Source: a virus
Lineage: Duplodnaviria; Caudoviricetes
DNA length: 34,984 nt
IMG/VR virus record: IMGVR_UViG_3300015370_000008
Location: 1 to 34,984 of that record
Strand: one strand, 5' to 3'
How positions within the stretch are numbered: the first letter of the stretch is position 1; each line of letters opens with the position of its first letter. Made by a program: the position numbers and the translations under genes. Under the pieces are notes generated by a model. It saw only the letters and a list, made by a program, of their open reading frames with translations. It did no database searches and was not told the origin of the DNA. Below, piece by piece: positions 1 through 7,470 of the stretch.

Positions 1-123
1 AATCAAAGTATCATCCAACTCAAACCGATTTGAAAACCAGACGGACTTGGTTGAGTTTTCCGGGAATCCTGTAAACCTGTGATTTTTGATTTCCCAGCCG
101 ACCACGCACTTTTTTAGAAAATG
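1..123. repeat. Terminal direct repeat (assembly overlap of a circular contig), left copy
   Basis: 1-123 is identical to 34862-34984, and a minus-strand ORF reads through the junction in frame. Confidence 0.95.
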
Positions 124-645
124 TGGGAAAATTATATTGCTGAACTTGTCCGTCCTTAAAGTCGATTTAAAACGATTATGGAAAACTATATCCTCAGAGA
201 TACCACGGCTGTACAGATAACCCAGGACATTAGATCGTTGATCGTCAATATCCCAGAGCTCCAAATACTGTTTCATGAAATCAAGATCTTGAGCCGTTGA
301 TCTTTTAGATACTCTGACAAAATGATTAGGGTTAACCTTCGGCCGATTTTTCCAACCCAGCCATTTTCGCAACTCAACCCGAACCTTGCCCAGACTAAAA
401 TTATACTCGGCTTGTACAAAATCAATAATAGTGCCGCTGTCTACAACAGATTTAGGACCCCGCTTGAAATAAATATAATACCCCTTCTCCCCAACTGAAA
501 CGACAATCTGTTCCTGATCGCGTCTCATAACTGACGATTTTTTAGTCGTCTTTTTGAGATCAACACAAAAACCCCTTGAAGCTGCAAATTCACAGAGATC
601 AATTTTTGTCTTAAAGAGTTCAAGCTCCTTTTTTTCGTCGTCCAT
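1..645 (-). CDS. DUF3991/TOPRIM primase-like protein, N-terminal part (continues at 34861..34556; about 316 aa in total)
   Basis: Missed by the ORF track because it crosses the junction. My translation from ATG 645: MDDEKKELELFKTKIDLCEFAASRGF...SGTIIDFVQ...YLYSRGIS...NIIFPHF...VVGWEIKN, typical of plasmid DUF3991-toprim proteins. Confidence 0.8.
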   Translation of the reverse strand, partial: MDDEKKELELFKTKIDLCEFAASRGFCVDLKKTTKKSSVMRRDQEQIVVSVGEKGYYIYFKRGPKSVVDSGTIIDFVQAEYNFSLGKVRVELRKWLGWKNRPKVNPNHFVRVSKRSTAQDLDFMKQYLELWDIDDQRSNVLGYLYSRGISEDIVFHNRFKSTLRTDKFSNIIFPHFLKKCVVGWEIKNHRFTGFPENSTKSVWFSNRFELDDTLI

Positions 646-819
646 AATAATATAAAAAACATATTTATATAAGAAAAATAAAAATGTAATAATATAAAAA
701 TATAAATATAGACAAACTTAAAATGCATTGATAAGGATCAATTACAGCAATAAAATAAATTGTAATATAAAAAACATAATATTTAACTTTATATAAAACT
801 ATTAATATATAAAAATGAG
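646..819. promoter_or_regulatory. Very AT-rich divergent intergenic region with repeated (A)ATATAAAA motifs; candidate parS/centromere and par promoter
   Basis: Motif copies at about 649, 691, 764, 791 and 807, directly upstream of parA, where type Ib centromeres usually lie. Confidence 0.45.
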
Positions 820-1407
820 GTGAATATGAAAATCGCTGTTTACAACTTTAAGGGCGGCCAGGGCAAGACCGTTATTAGTTTAAATTTAGCGCTAACATTG
901 GGTTATGGAGTAGTCACAAACGACGTTGTTGCGCCGATACAAAAGATACTCGCAACAGAGGATTTTGTAAAATTGGATAGGGATAGTGTTTTCCCTCAAT
1001 TCCCTGCGGATCTTGATCTTATCTTCGACCTGGGCGGGTATATTGACGATCGTGGAGTCAGCGCATTGCACCAGGCCGACTGGGTTCTTGTTCCAGTTTT
1101 AAACGAAATGGTTGATATCCAGGTTGCAATCAACTCTATTAATGAGTTTAAAAAGCACAACAAAAACATTGTTGTGTTAGCAAACAAGCTTGTAAAAGGC
1201 GATTTTGAAGAGATAAAAGAGGTAGTTGACAACTTTTTTGATCTGCCGGTCTTGCCCATCAAAAAATCAAAAGCTTTACCGAATATCTTTGTCGATAAAA
1301 AATCTGTCAGGGATATGGTCGCGGAGGGCGGACTTAAGCGCTATCATTATGAAGAGGTATCCAAACAATTTGACGATCTAATCAGCTTTATCACAACAAA
1401 AAATTAA
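820..1407 (+). CDS. parA: Short ParA/ParF-type partition ATPase (start may be ATG 826)
   Basis: Deviant Walker A NFKGGQGKT, Walker B-like LIFDLGG, ADWVLVPV; no N-terminal HTH (type Ib). Confidence 0.9.
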   Translation: MNMKIAVYNFKGGQGKTVISLNLALTLGYGVVTNDVVAPIQKILATEDFVKLDRDSVFPQFPADLDLIFDLGGYIDDRGVSALHQADWVLVPVLNEMVDIQVAINSINEFKKHNKNIVVLANKLVKGDFEEIKEVVDNFFDLPVLPIKKSKALPNIFVDKKSVRDMVAEGGLKRYHYEEVSKQFDDLISFITTKN

Positions 1408-1414
1408 GGTAAAC

Positions 1415-1672
1415 ATGGTAGAAAAAAAGAAAAGCTTGGGTGATTACAGTCTCGACAATCCTGAAAATGGATTATTAAAAGTTAAAGGCAAGGCAGGCAG
1501 GAAGGACCGCAAAGAGCGGGGTGTTGAATACGTCTCGATAGCTCCCCAAATCAAAGCGAGCACAAAAAAGCTATTGGCTCAAGCCTTGGCCGGTGATTTT
1601 TACGGCAAAACCCAAAATCAGATTGTAGACGAAGCGATCGTCTACTATATCGAAAACTATGCAAACAATTAA
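1415..1672 (+). CDS. Probable ParG-like centromere-binding protein (RHH-like C-terminus)
   Basis: 85 aa immediately after parA; basic flexible N-terminus, then a strand-helix-helix pattern (VSIAPQIKASTKKLL...TQNQIVDEAIVYYI). Confidence 0.55.
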   Translation: MVEKKKSLGDYSLDNPENGLLKVKGKAGRKDRKERGVEYVSIAPQIKASTKKLLAQALAGDFYGKTQNQIVDEAIVYYIENYANN

Positions 1673-1943
1673 ACTCTCCAAAGATCAAAAAGAGCTCATA
1701 GCCAATAGACTGATAACGAACAACTGGAAAGACCTGCTTGAATCTGGTTTCACCCAGGGCGCTATCAGTGAATTCTTTAGCCCTGACAGCCTCAACTGGA
1801 CATTAATAGAGGACTATTACAACGGGGATTACACTGAAGTGATCCCCCAGGTCAAAACTGCCCTTAAAACCAAAATCAAACTCTTAAGATCTGATTATCT
1901 CAAAGCGATCAAAACGCTTAAGAAAGAATATATCAATAGGTAA
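1659..1943 (+). CDS. Hypothetical protein
   Basis: 94-aa ORF overlapping the upstream gene, in the same operon. Confidence 0.6.
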   Translation: MQTIKLSKDQKELIANRLITNNWKDLLESGFTQGAISEFFSPDSLNWTLIEDYYNGDYTEVIPQVKTALKTKIKLLRSDYLKAIKTLKKEYINR

Positions 1944-1946
1944 ATC

Positions 1947-2453
1947 ATGGACATGGAATTTTTGGAAAGTGTAATAAGTTTATCAAAAGAGATCGTAAAC
2001 TTAAGGAATGACACTAAAAAACTTGAATCAAAATATGAACAGTCGTTTAAAAACATAAATATCAGAAAAGGTTTGAGATTATCAATTGAGGCTGTTGAAA
2101 AGGCAATTGAGTATGATTTACAAGAAAATGCCGAGGATGAAAAAATACTCCTGAAAAAGCTTTATGAATTGATAAACCCAACAAAACAGACCACCTACCA
2201 ATATGCAGTATCCAAATTAACTTTTAAAGATAAGCTGTTTCTTGTTATTGAAAAATAATTTCAAGAGAACGGCACAATAAGTGTTTACAGCATAGAAGAA
2301 GAGTTAAAGGAAGCAGAGGAAAGACATAACCAATCACTGATTGATGATCTCGGTTGTATGGTTACAAAACGTGAAATTAAACATGACATCCGCGATCTTA
2401 GAAAACAGTTATTGCGGGATTTAGATATGCTGTTACGTATAAACGACATCTAA
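1947..2453 (+). pseudogene. Coiled-coil hypothetical gene interrupted by an in-frame TAA at 2256-2258
   Basis: The same frame stays open for 64 more codons after the TAA (FQENGTISVYSIEEELKEAEERHNQ...LRINDI*). Confidence 0.55.
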
Positions 2454-2500
2454 CAAGCGTTTTATAATTTTTATTATACACACAAACCTGATTTTTTTCA

Positions 2501-2550
2501 ATCGTGACCGGTCTTTTTCGCTTGACAAAATGACCGGTCACGATTATTTT
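2501..2550 (+). promoter_or_regulatory. Sigma70-like promoter with TGACCGGTC(A) operator sites
   Basis: TTGACA at 2522-2527, 17-nt spacer containing TGACCGGTCACG, TATTTT at 2545-2550; a second site ATCGTGACCGGTC at 2501-2513. Confidence 0.7.
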
Positions 2551-2603
2551 CAATATAATTTATAAATTCACTGTTGATCAACATCGGAATCGGAAAAAGT
2601 TTC

Positions 2604-2783
2604 ATGGCTGAAAATAATCAATCAAAACCAAAAACAAATACTGAAAGAAAAGCTCTTGAGCGTGAGCGTAAAAAAGCCCTTGGATATATTCGTCGTGATG
2701 TGTGGGCGCATCCCGACGACTGGCCTACGCTTAGAGTGTTGGAAAAAAAATTACAAAAAAAGAGAGAGAAAACAAAAAAGTAG
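2604..2783 (+). CDS. Small basic putative DNA-binding regulator (RHH/DUF3018-like)
   Basis: Pattern TNTERKALERERKKALGYIRRDVWAHPDD; flanked by operator-bearing promoters on both sides. Confidence 0.6.
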   Translation: MAENNQSKPKTNTERKALERERKKALGYIRRDVWAHPDDWPTLRVLEKKLQKKREKTKK

Positions 2784-2812
2784 TTGACAACGTGACCGGT
2801 CACGTTTAATAT
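2784..2812 (+). promoter_or_regulatory. Sigma70-like promoter with perfect 18-bp palindromic operator AACGTGACCGGTCACGTT
   Basis: TTGACA 2784-2789, palindrome 2789-2806 filling the 17-nt spacer, TAATAT 2807-2812. Confidence 0.75.
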
Positions 2813-2852
2813 TAAATCATACATTAACACAAAACCTCAACCGGAGATAAAA

Positions 2853-3332
2853 ATGGATTACAAAATGATCAGAGGCCCGATAGCAGAAGCAAGATGCAAA
2901 AATAAAAGTACTTATGGCAGTCCTCTTTATTGCGACTGTGGATGCCAGACACCCCGCGAAGATGACCCAAAATATAATATTGAAGGGGTTACAGTTGGAG
3001 AAAAATATGAAGAAGGCTATGCGGATTATCGATTGATGAGAGATGGCAAGTGTGTTGGTAGTGTAAACACACAATATAGTGCAATCTTTTTAGATGGTAA
3101 TGAATATCTTGGAGTAAAACCGGTATCCCCTTTGATGGTATTTGTTGAGCAAGCTTTAAAATCAAACCAAAAATCAAAAAATGAAAACTCTGGAAGTACG
3201 CTTGCAGAAACATATGCTCAAGAAAAGATGTTAGAAAAAGCTGAACTTACTGAACAAGATAGGCTTAATGAAGATCATCCTGGTTATTGCCCCAAATGCC
3301 ATACTTACTGCTATGGAGATTGTGAGGCTTAA
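2853..3332 (+). CDS. Hypothetical Cys-rich (probably metal-binding) protein
   Basis: GGAG RBS; motifs CDCGC and C-terminal HPGYCPKCHTYCYGDC. Confidence 0.75.
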   Translation: MDYKMIRGPIAEARCKNKSTYGSPLYCDCGCQTPREDDPKYNIEGVTVGEKYEEGYADYRLMRDGKCVGSVNTQYSAIFLDGNEYLGVKPVSPLMVFVEQALKSNQKSKNENSGSTLAETYAQEKMLEKAELTEQDRLNEDHPGYCPKCHTYCYGDCEA

Positions 3333-3371
3333 TAAAACCGCACACAGCCGGGCAAATCCCGGCCAAACGTT

Positions 3372-3391
3372 CCCCGTTTTACGGGGTTTTT
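3372..3391 (+). terminator. Rho-independent terminator
   Basis: CCCCGT-ttt-ACGGGG followed by TTTTT, preceded by a second hairpin GCCGGG-caaat-CCCGGC (3347-3363). Confidence 0.7.
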
Positions 3392-3427
3392 CAAATTCAA
3401 TTTTTAAACTCAAACAAAAGGAACAAA

Positions 3428-3709
3428 ATGGCACATAAAAACAAAATCGACACAAAAGAAATTAAGGAAATTTACGACAGACTGCAAGAACGGGAGCATA
3501 TTCCGCACAATCCAGTCGTCGTTTACTACCCTGAAAACGACGAAATCGCGCTCGAATCCGATCTTTATGATTATGAAGAGGGGATGATTAGATGTTCAGA
3601 AGATGCGTTTTTAGATTATCTTTATGAAGCTGAGGGCTCTTTAGATAACGATGAAGAGGTTGAGCAGTTAGTAAAAGATTTGTTCCTCTCTCAATCCGGA
3701 GAACTCTAG
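3428..3709 (+). CDS. Acidic hypothetical protein
   Basis: AAGGA RBS; very D/E-rich 93 aa; followed by hairpin GCCGGA-gcaa-TCCGGC. Confidence 0.7.
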   Translation: MAHKNKIDTKEIKEIYDRLQEREHIPHNPVVVYYPENDEIALESDLYDYEEGMIRCSEDAFLDYLYEAEGSLDNDEEVEQLVKDLFLSQSGEL

Positions 3710-3750
3710 CCAAACCAGCCGGAGCAATCCGGCTTAACGAAGAGATAAGA

Positions 3751-3963
3751 ATGAAGTTAATTAAACGGATGATGCGTAAGCCCAGGTTAAAAGTGGTTGG
3801 AGATTCAAGGAAAGGGCTAGGCTACGGCTTGGATGTTATGGAGGGCAAGGTTTATGTTTCCATAGACGGCTACGAGATACATTTTGATAGCAGCGAAGAT
3901 ATAGAAAGCTTGATAAAAAATATCAATGATATGCAAATTACGTATTCCGCAAGACTACGATGA
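3751..3963 (+). CDS. Hypothetical protein
   Basis: 70 aa; ATGA overlap with the next ORF. Confidence 0.6.
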   Translation: MKLIKRMMRKPRLKVVGDSRKGLGYGLDVMEGKVYVSIDGYEIHFDSSEDIESLIKNINDMQITYSARLR

Positions 3964-4154
3964 AAACATTTTACGAATTAACGCGCGGCTGGCAGTGGCG
4001 GCGGATTAAAGCAACCCTGGGCAAAAAATTTGAGGGAATCAACCAGGTGGTTGACCAGGCCAGGGAGCGGGGCGAAGATCCCCGCGACGTCATGCAGGAT
4101 CTTTGTTTTTTAACGAACCCCTATTTCGGGATTTACAAGCCCAAACAGAAATAA
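3960..4154 (+). CDS. Hypothetical protein
   Basis: 64 aa, translationally coupled to the upstream ORF. Confidence 0.6.
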   Translation: MKTFYELTRGWQWRRIKATLGKKFEGINQVVDQARERGEDPRDVMQDLCFLTNPYFGIYKPKQK

Positions 4155-4203
4155 TTGTGTTTATAAGAGCTGTTATAACTACAATCAAAACTATAAAGGA
4201 CAA

Positions 4204-4448
4204 ATGGCTGAAAAAAGAATAAAATTACGCCTACATGCAAAAATGGACATGGTGCGCTTATTAGGAGTGAAGAGATTGAGCCTGCAAGTAAAGATAATAT
4301 AGAAGGATACTTTATATATAGTTTTAGCCGTCCTATAGATAAGGAATCCGTTAATATTCACAGTTTTGGTTTTGTGGCATCAATTTACTCATGTCCTATT
4401 TGTGGTTATATGGAATTTTATGATTTAGAAACTGAAGGTGTGCTATGA
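4204..4448 (+). pseudogene. Zinc-ribbon protein gene with a frameshift in an A6 run near its start
   Basis: AAGGA RBS and ATG 4204. The -1 frame gives KNKITPTCKNGH...YSCPICGYMEFYDLETEGVL*, whose TGA overlaps the ATG at 4445. Confidence 0.65.
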
Positions 4449-4666
4449 GCACCAAGTCTACTGATTCACCAAGGCCTACAAGAGTGAAAAGTCAGTCTTC
4501 TATTGTAATTAGATTCCATGAACGTGTGGTCAGACTAGAAGAAAAAGTTAGATCTTGCGCTACAAGAGAAGAGGTGAAGGATATTGTTTGGGATCGTATA
4601 AAGTGGATAATTGGGCTTATCGTAGGCAGCATAGGAATAATCCTGGCAGCAATAAAGTGGTTATAA
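4445..4666 (+). CDS. Small coiled-coil protein with C-terminal transmembrane anchor
   Basis: RVVRLEEKV...ATREEV followed by hydrophobic WIIGLIVGSIGIILAAIKWL. Confidence 0.7.
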   Translation: MSTKSTDSPRPTRVKSQSSIVIRFHERVVRLEEKVRSCATREEVKDIVWDRIKWIIGLIVGSIGIILAAIKWL

Positions 4667-4684
4667 CTCTGTTTATAGAGCGAA

Positions 4685-5188
4685 ATGAAAGAAGATGATA
4701 TTTTTATTCAATTGCTTGAATATGGTGTTGAAGTTGGAATTGAAGGTACAAGCAGTGAGGAAATGATTTATTGGGCTAGGGAAAGAGGTCTAATTGTTGA
4801 CTACAGAAAATTTGAAAAAGATTCAGAAGAATGGGTAAAGGGGATCAGGAAAGAAAGACTCTTGAACAGACTATTCGAAGAAAGCTTTATTCAAACAAGG
4901 ATTCCTAGTCATGGGACTGGGCATGTCCGACATACATTAAGCGGCGAGTACAGATCTAGGTTGTTGGAGTATTACGAACTGCAGGAAGCAAGAAAGGCGT
5001 CAAAAGATGCAAATAGAAACTCGATGTTTGCAATAGGTATTGCCATCATCTCATTGATTGTATCAATTGGGGCATCTGTCATAAATATGTATAAACCTAT
5101 GGATGTAAACCAAAACCAGATTAATCAGGTTGTTAGCGAATTTAAGTCATTAAAGAAATGCATGGTTAAAGTACATGAGGGCAACTAA
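4685..5188 (+). CDS. Hypothetical membrane-anchored protein
   Basis: 167 aa; one predicted TM helix (FAIGIAIISLIVSIGASVI) after ELQEARKASKDANRNS. Confidence 0.75.
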   Translation: MKEDDIFIQLLEYGVEVGIEGTSSEEMIYWARERGLIVDYRKFEKDSEEWVKGIRKERLLNRLFEESFIQTRIPSHGTGHVRHTLSGEYRSRLLEYYELQEARKASKDANRNSMFAIGIAIISLIVSIGASVINMYKPMDVNQNQINQVVSEFKSLKKCMVKVHEGN

Positions 5189-5250
5189 ACAAAACCGATA
5201 AATTAACTCTGTGTAAATAACGGATATTATACCAATAAAGTGAGATTAAT

Positions 5251-5772
5251 ATGTCAACGGAAATACTAAGTTTCATCGCTTCTATTGTAGGTTCGTTGGC
5301 TTGGCCAGCAGTCGTGTTGATTCTTTTGGGAGTTATTTTTAAAAATGAAATTAAGGAGCGCATTTCCAACATCGAAGGAATCGAATTCAAGTACAAAAAT
5401 ATAATTATAAAATTAGTTAATAAAACACTTGAGAAAAACGAACAAATATTACCGACCCCAAAAGGGCTGAGAGAGGTAAAGCCTCAATTAACAGGACCTC
5501 CAGAAAAAGAAGTAAGAAAAGTATGGAAAAGAGACATTGAACCGTTCCTGCAGTCACCAGAAAAAATACCACATCAGTACTCAGAATACTTTGATAATCT
5601 TTCCAACACCGGCAGTGCTATTATGAATGTAGGAATAGCCTATTCGGATGTTTCAAGTGCAACAAACTGGATATCTCAAACCGAAACTCTCAAACAAAGA
5701 GCTAAAGACGAAGGTTGGTCAATCTTAAGAAAAGACGAAGACTGGACAATTACAGGGGAAATTGAAGAATAA
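5251..5772 (+). CDS. Hypothetical protein with N-terminal TM helix (LAWP motif)
   Basis: 173 aa; SLAWPAVVLILLGVIFK. Confidence 0.75.
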   Translation: MSTEILSFIASIVGSLAWPAVVLILLGVIFKNEIKERISNIEGIEFKYKNIIIKLVNKTLEKNEQILPTPKGLREVKPQLTGPPEKEVRKVWKRDIEPFLQSPEKIPHQYSEYFDNLSNTGSAIMNVGIAYSDVSSATNWISQTETLKQRAKDEGWSILRKDEDWTITGEIEE

Positions 5773-5823
5773 GGCAAGAAAATTGTGTCTATAATCCTAC
5801 GTATACCAATAAAAAAACGATAA

Positions 5824-6114
5824 ATGGATAGTATATTAAGTGGTTTTTGGGTGGAATTCTGTAAGGTTGACATCGTATGTCATGCGGGAAGTCCAAATTG
5901 GCTTGGATGGATCGTTTTGGGGTTTGCTGGTCTGATCGCTTTTATTATTATTCATGCTTTAATCTCGGCTATCAATGGATTAGACCCAGACCCTCCAGAA
6001 CAACCACAGAAAAACGCTGTCGGCTTTGGATGGCTGTTCCTGGGAAATACCATATGGTTTGTTATCTGTGTTATAGTTGCTGTGACAGTAGGTTTGATTA
6101 TAACATTACTTTGA
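5824..6114 (+). CDS. Small two-TM membrane protein
   Basis: Two hydrophobic stretches separated by DPDPPEQP. Confidence 0.65.
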   Translation: MDSILSGFWVEFCKVDIVCHAGSPNWLGWIVLGFAGLIAFIIIHALISAINGLDPDPPEQPQKNAVGFGWLFLGNTIWFVICVIVAVTVGLIITLL

Positions 6115-6211
6115 ATTTTGGCTATTAAGCTAGGACTCGTTAATTGGAGGTACACAACTTGAAACCAATGGGGATTATGCTATTTTTATAACCACACATA
6201 AAGAGGTGTAA

Positions 6212-6466
6212 ATGGAAGAATGCTATATATCTAAAGATAATGATATTGGCAGTTTGGTACGCCAAAGAGCGAATAACAAAGAGGAGTATTTTGTCAAAGA
6301 TCTTGGGAATGACACCTTTGTTATAACAAACAATAATAATAACCTTGAAATAACAATCCAGGAAAACAGCAGTGTATGTTTTTCAGGAGAGAAAAAGGAT
6401 ATCGAAAAATCGTTTGAAGACATATTTTGGAACTTAAAAGATAAAATGGTACTTAAACAGACCTAA
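6212..6466 (+). CDS. Hypothetical protein
   Basis: GAGGTG RBS; 84 aa. Confidence 0.65.
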   Translation: MEECYISKDNDIGSLVRQRANNKEEYFVKDLGNDTFVITNNNNNLEITIQENSSVCFSGEKKDIEKSFEDIFWNLKDKMVLKQT

Positions 6467-6608
6467 AAACATTCAAAATCACTTATGAAAGATCATTCTC
6501 AGGTGGTCCCAAAAATCACTATTGTTTTTGATGCTCCTGGAAGTGCGAAAAACCAGAGGCATCTTTTTTAGTTTTACGGTCCCAATATTCATATGATAAA
6601 AGGTGACA

Positions 6609-6779
6609 ATGGATGAAAACCTCAAAATTGAGCTTAAAAAAACCTTGAACGCCATTAATACGCATATAGAAGATCAAAAGAAAGGGCTAAAAAGGCGAAA
6701 TCTATTAAATATAATGCAAGCTATCACAATACTCATTCTCAGCGCGATTCTTGTTTTGCAAATAGCAAATATTATTTAA
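6609..6779 (+). CDS. 56-aa protein with C-terminal TM helix (below the ORF-track cutoff)
   Basis: AGGTGA RBS; MDENLKIELKKTLNAINTHIEDQKKGLKRRNLLNIMQAITILILSAILVLQIANII*. Confidence 0.55.
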   Translation: MDENLKIELKKTLNAINTHIEDQKKGLKRRNLLNIMQAITILILSAILVLQIANII

Positions 6780-6792
6780 AAAACCTAATGAT

Positions 6793-7470
6793 ATGACCAA
6801 TACAGCTATATATGTGCGAGTTTCCAAGTCGGACGGCTCACAGGATGTACAAAGACAGATCGATGATCTAAGGGCATTTTGCGAGCTTAACAAGTGGAAC
6901 GTTGCAAAGATCGTCAAGGAGAATGTTTCCGGGCGGAAAAAAAATAGACAGGGAACTGTTGAGTTGATCAATCTGGCCAGGGCGAACCGGATTAAGAAAG
7001 TCTTGGTTCATGAAGTTTCCCGCCTGGGCAGGAATGCGGCCGACGTTTTTCAGACCGTTGAGGCCCTCTGTGAAGCTAAATGCAGCGTATATGATTATCA
7101 GCAACGGCAGGAAACCCTGGATAACAACAATCAAAAAACGGTCTATGCAACCATCATTTTGCCTCTCTTGGCCGGATTTGCCGAACAATGGAGCAATGAC
7201 CATGCGTACAGAATCAGATCAGGATTAAATCGGGCTGTAAAAAACGGAAAAACGTTAGGAAGGAAACCGGCGGAAAAGCTCAAGAATGAAGATAAAGCCG
7301 TTCAGCTACTAATAAAGGGAAAGACCATTGCAGATATTATGAAAGCCTGTAATATCGGGAAATCAACGGTTTTGCGTATCCGCAAAAAGAACGGCTTTGA
7401 AGGGGAACGCCGGATCAGATCCGGCAATGGTTTTGAAGTGGTGGAGCAATTGCAGATAATGTCAAACTAG
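6793..7470 (+). CDS. Serine recombinase (resolvase/invertase family) with C-terminal HTH
   Basis: Catalytic motifs YVRVS, ENVSG and VSRLGRN; GKTLGRKP arm; HTH TIADIMKACNIGKSTVLRI. Confidence 0.92.
   Translation: MTNTAIYVRVSKSDGSQDVQRQIDDLRAFCELNKWNVAKIVKENVSGRKKNRQGTVELINLARANRIKKVLVHEVSRLGRNAADVFQTVEALCEAKCSVYDYQQRQETLDNNNQKTVYATIILPLLAGFAEQWSNDHAYRIRSGLNRAVKNGKTLGRKPAEKLKNEDKAVQLLIKGKTIADIMKACNIGKSTVLRIRKKNGFEGERRIRSGNGFEVVEQLQIMSN

Noticed and set aside
525-728. 67-aa hydrophobic ORF
   Set aside because: It derives from the AT-rich repeat region and overlaps the TOPRIM gene start out of frame.
4156-6466. Classical integron with attC sites
   Set aside because: No IntI, and no paired RYYYAAC...GTTRRRY hairpins between genes; only short simple-site-like motifs. 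TCTAACAAGCG at 2449 has no matching right arm.
6704-6731. Sixth TAA-N6-nTAW site
   Set aside because: It falls inside the plausible 6609-6779 ORF and matches weakly.
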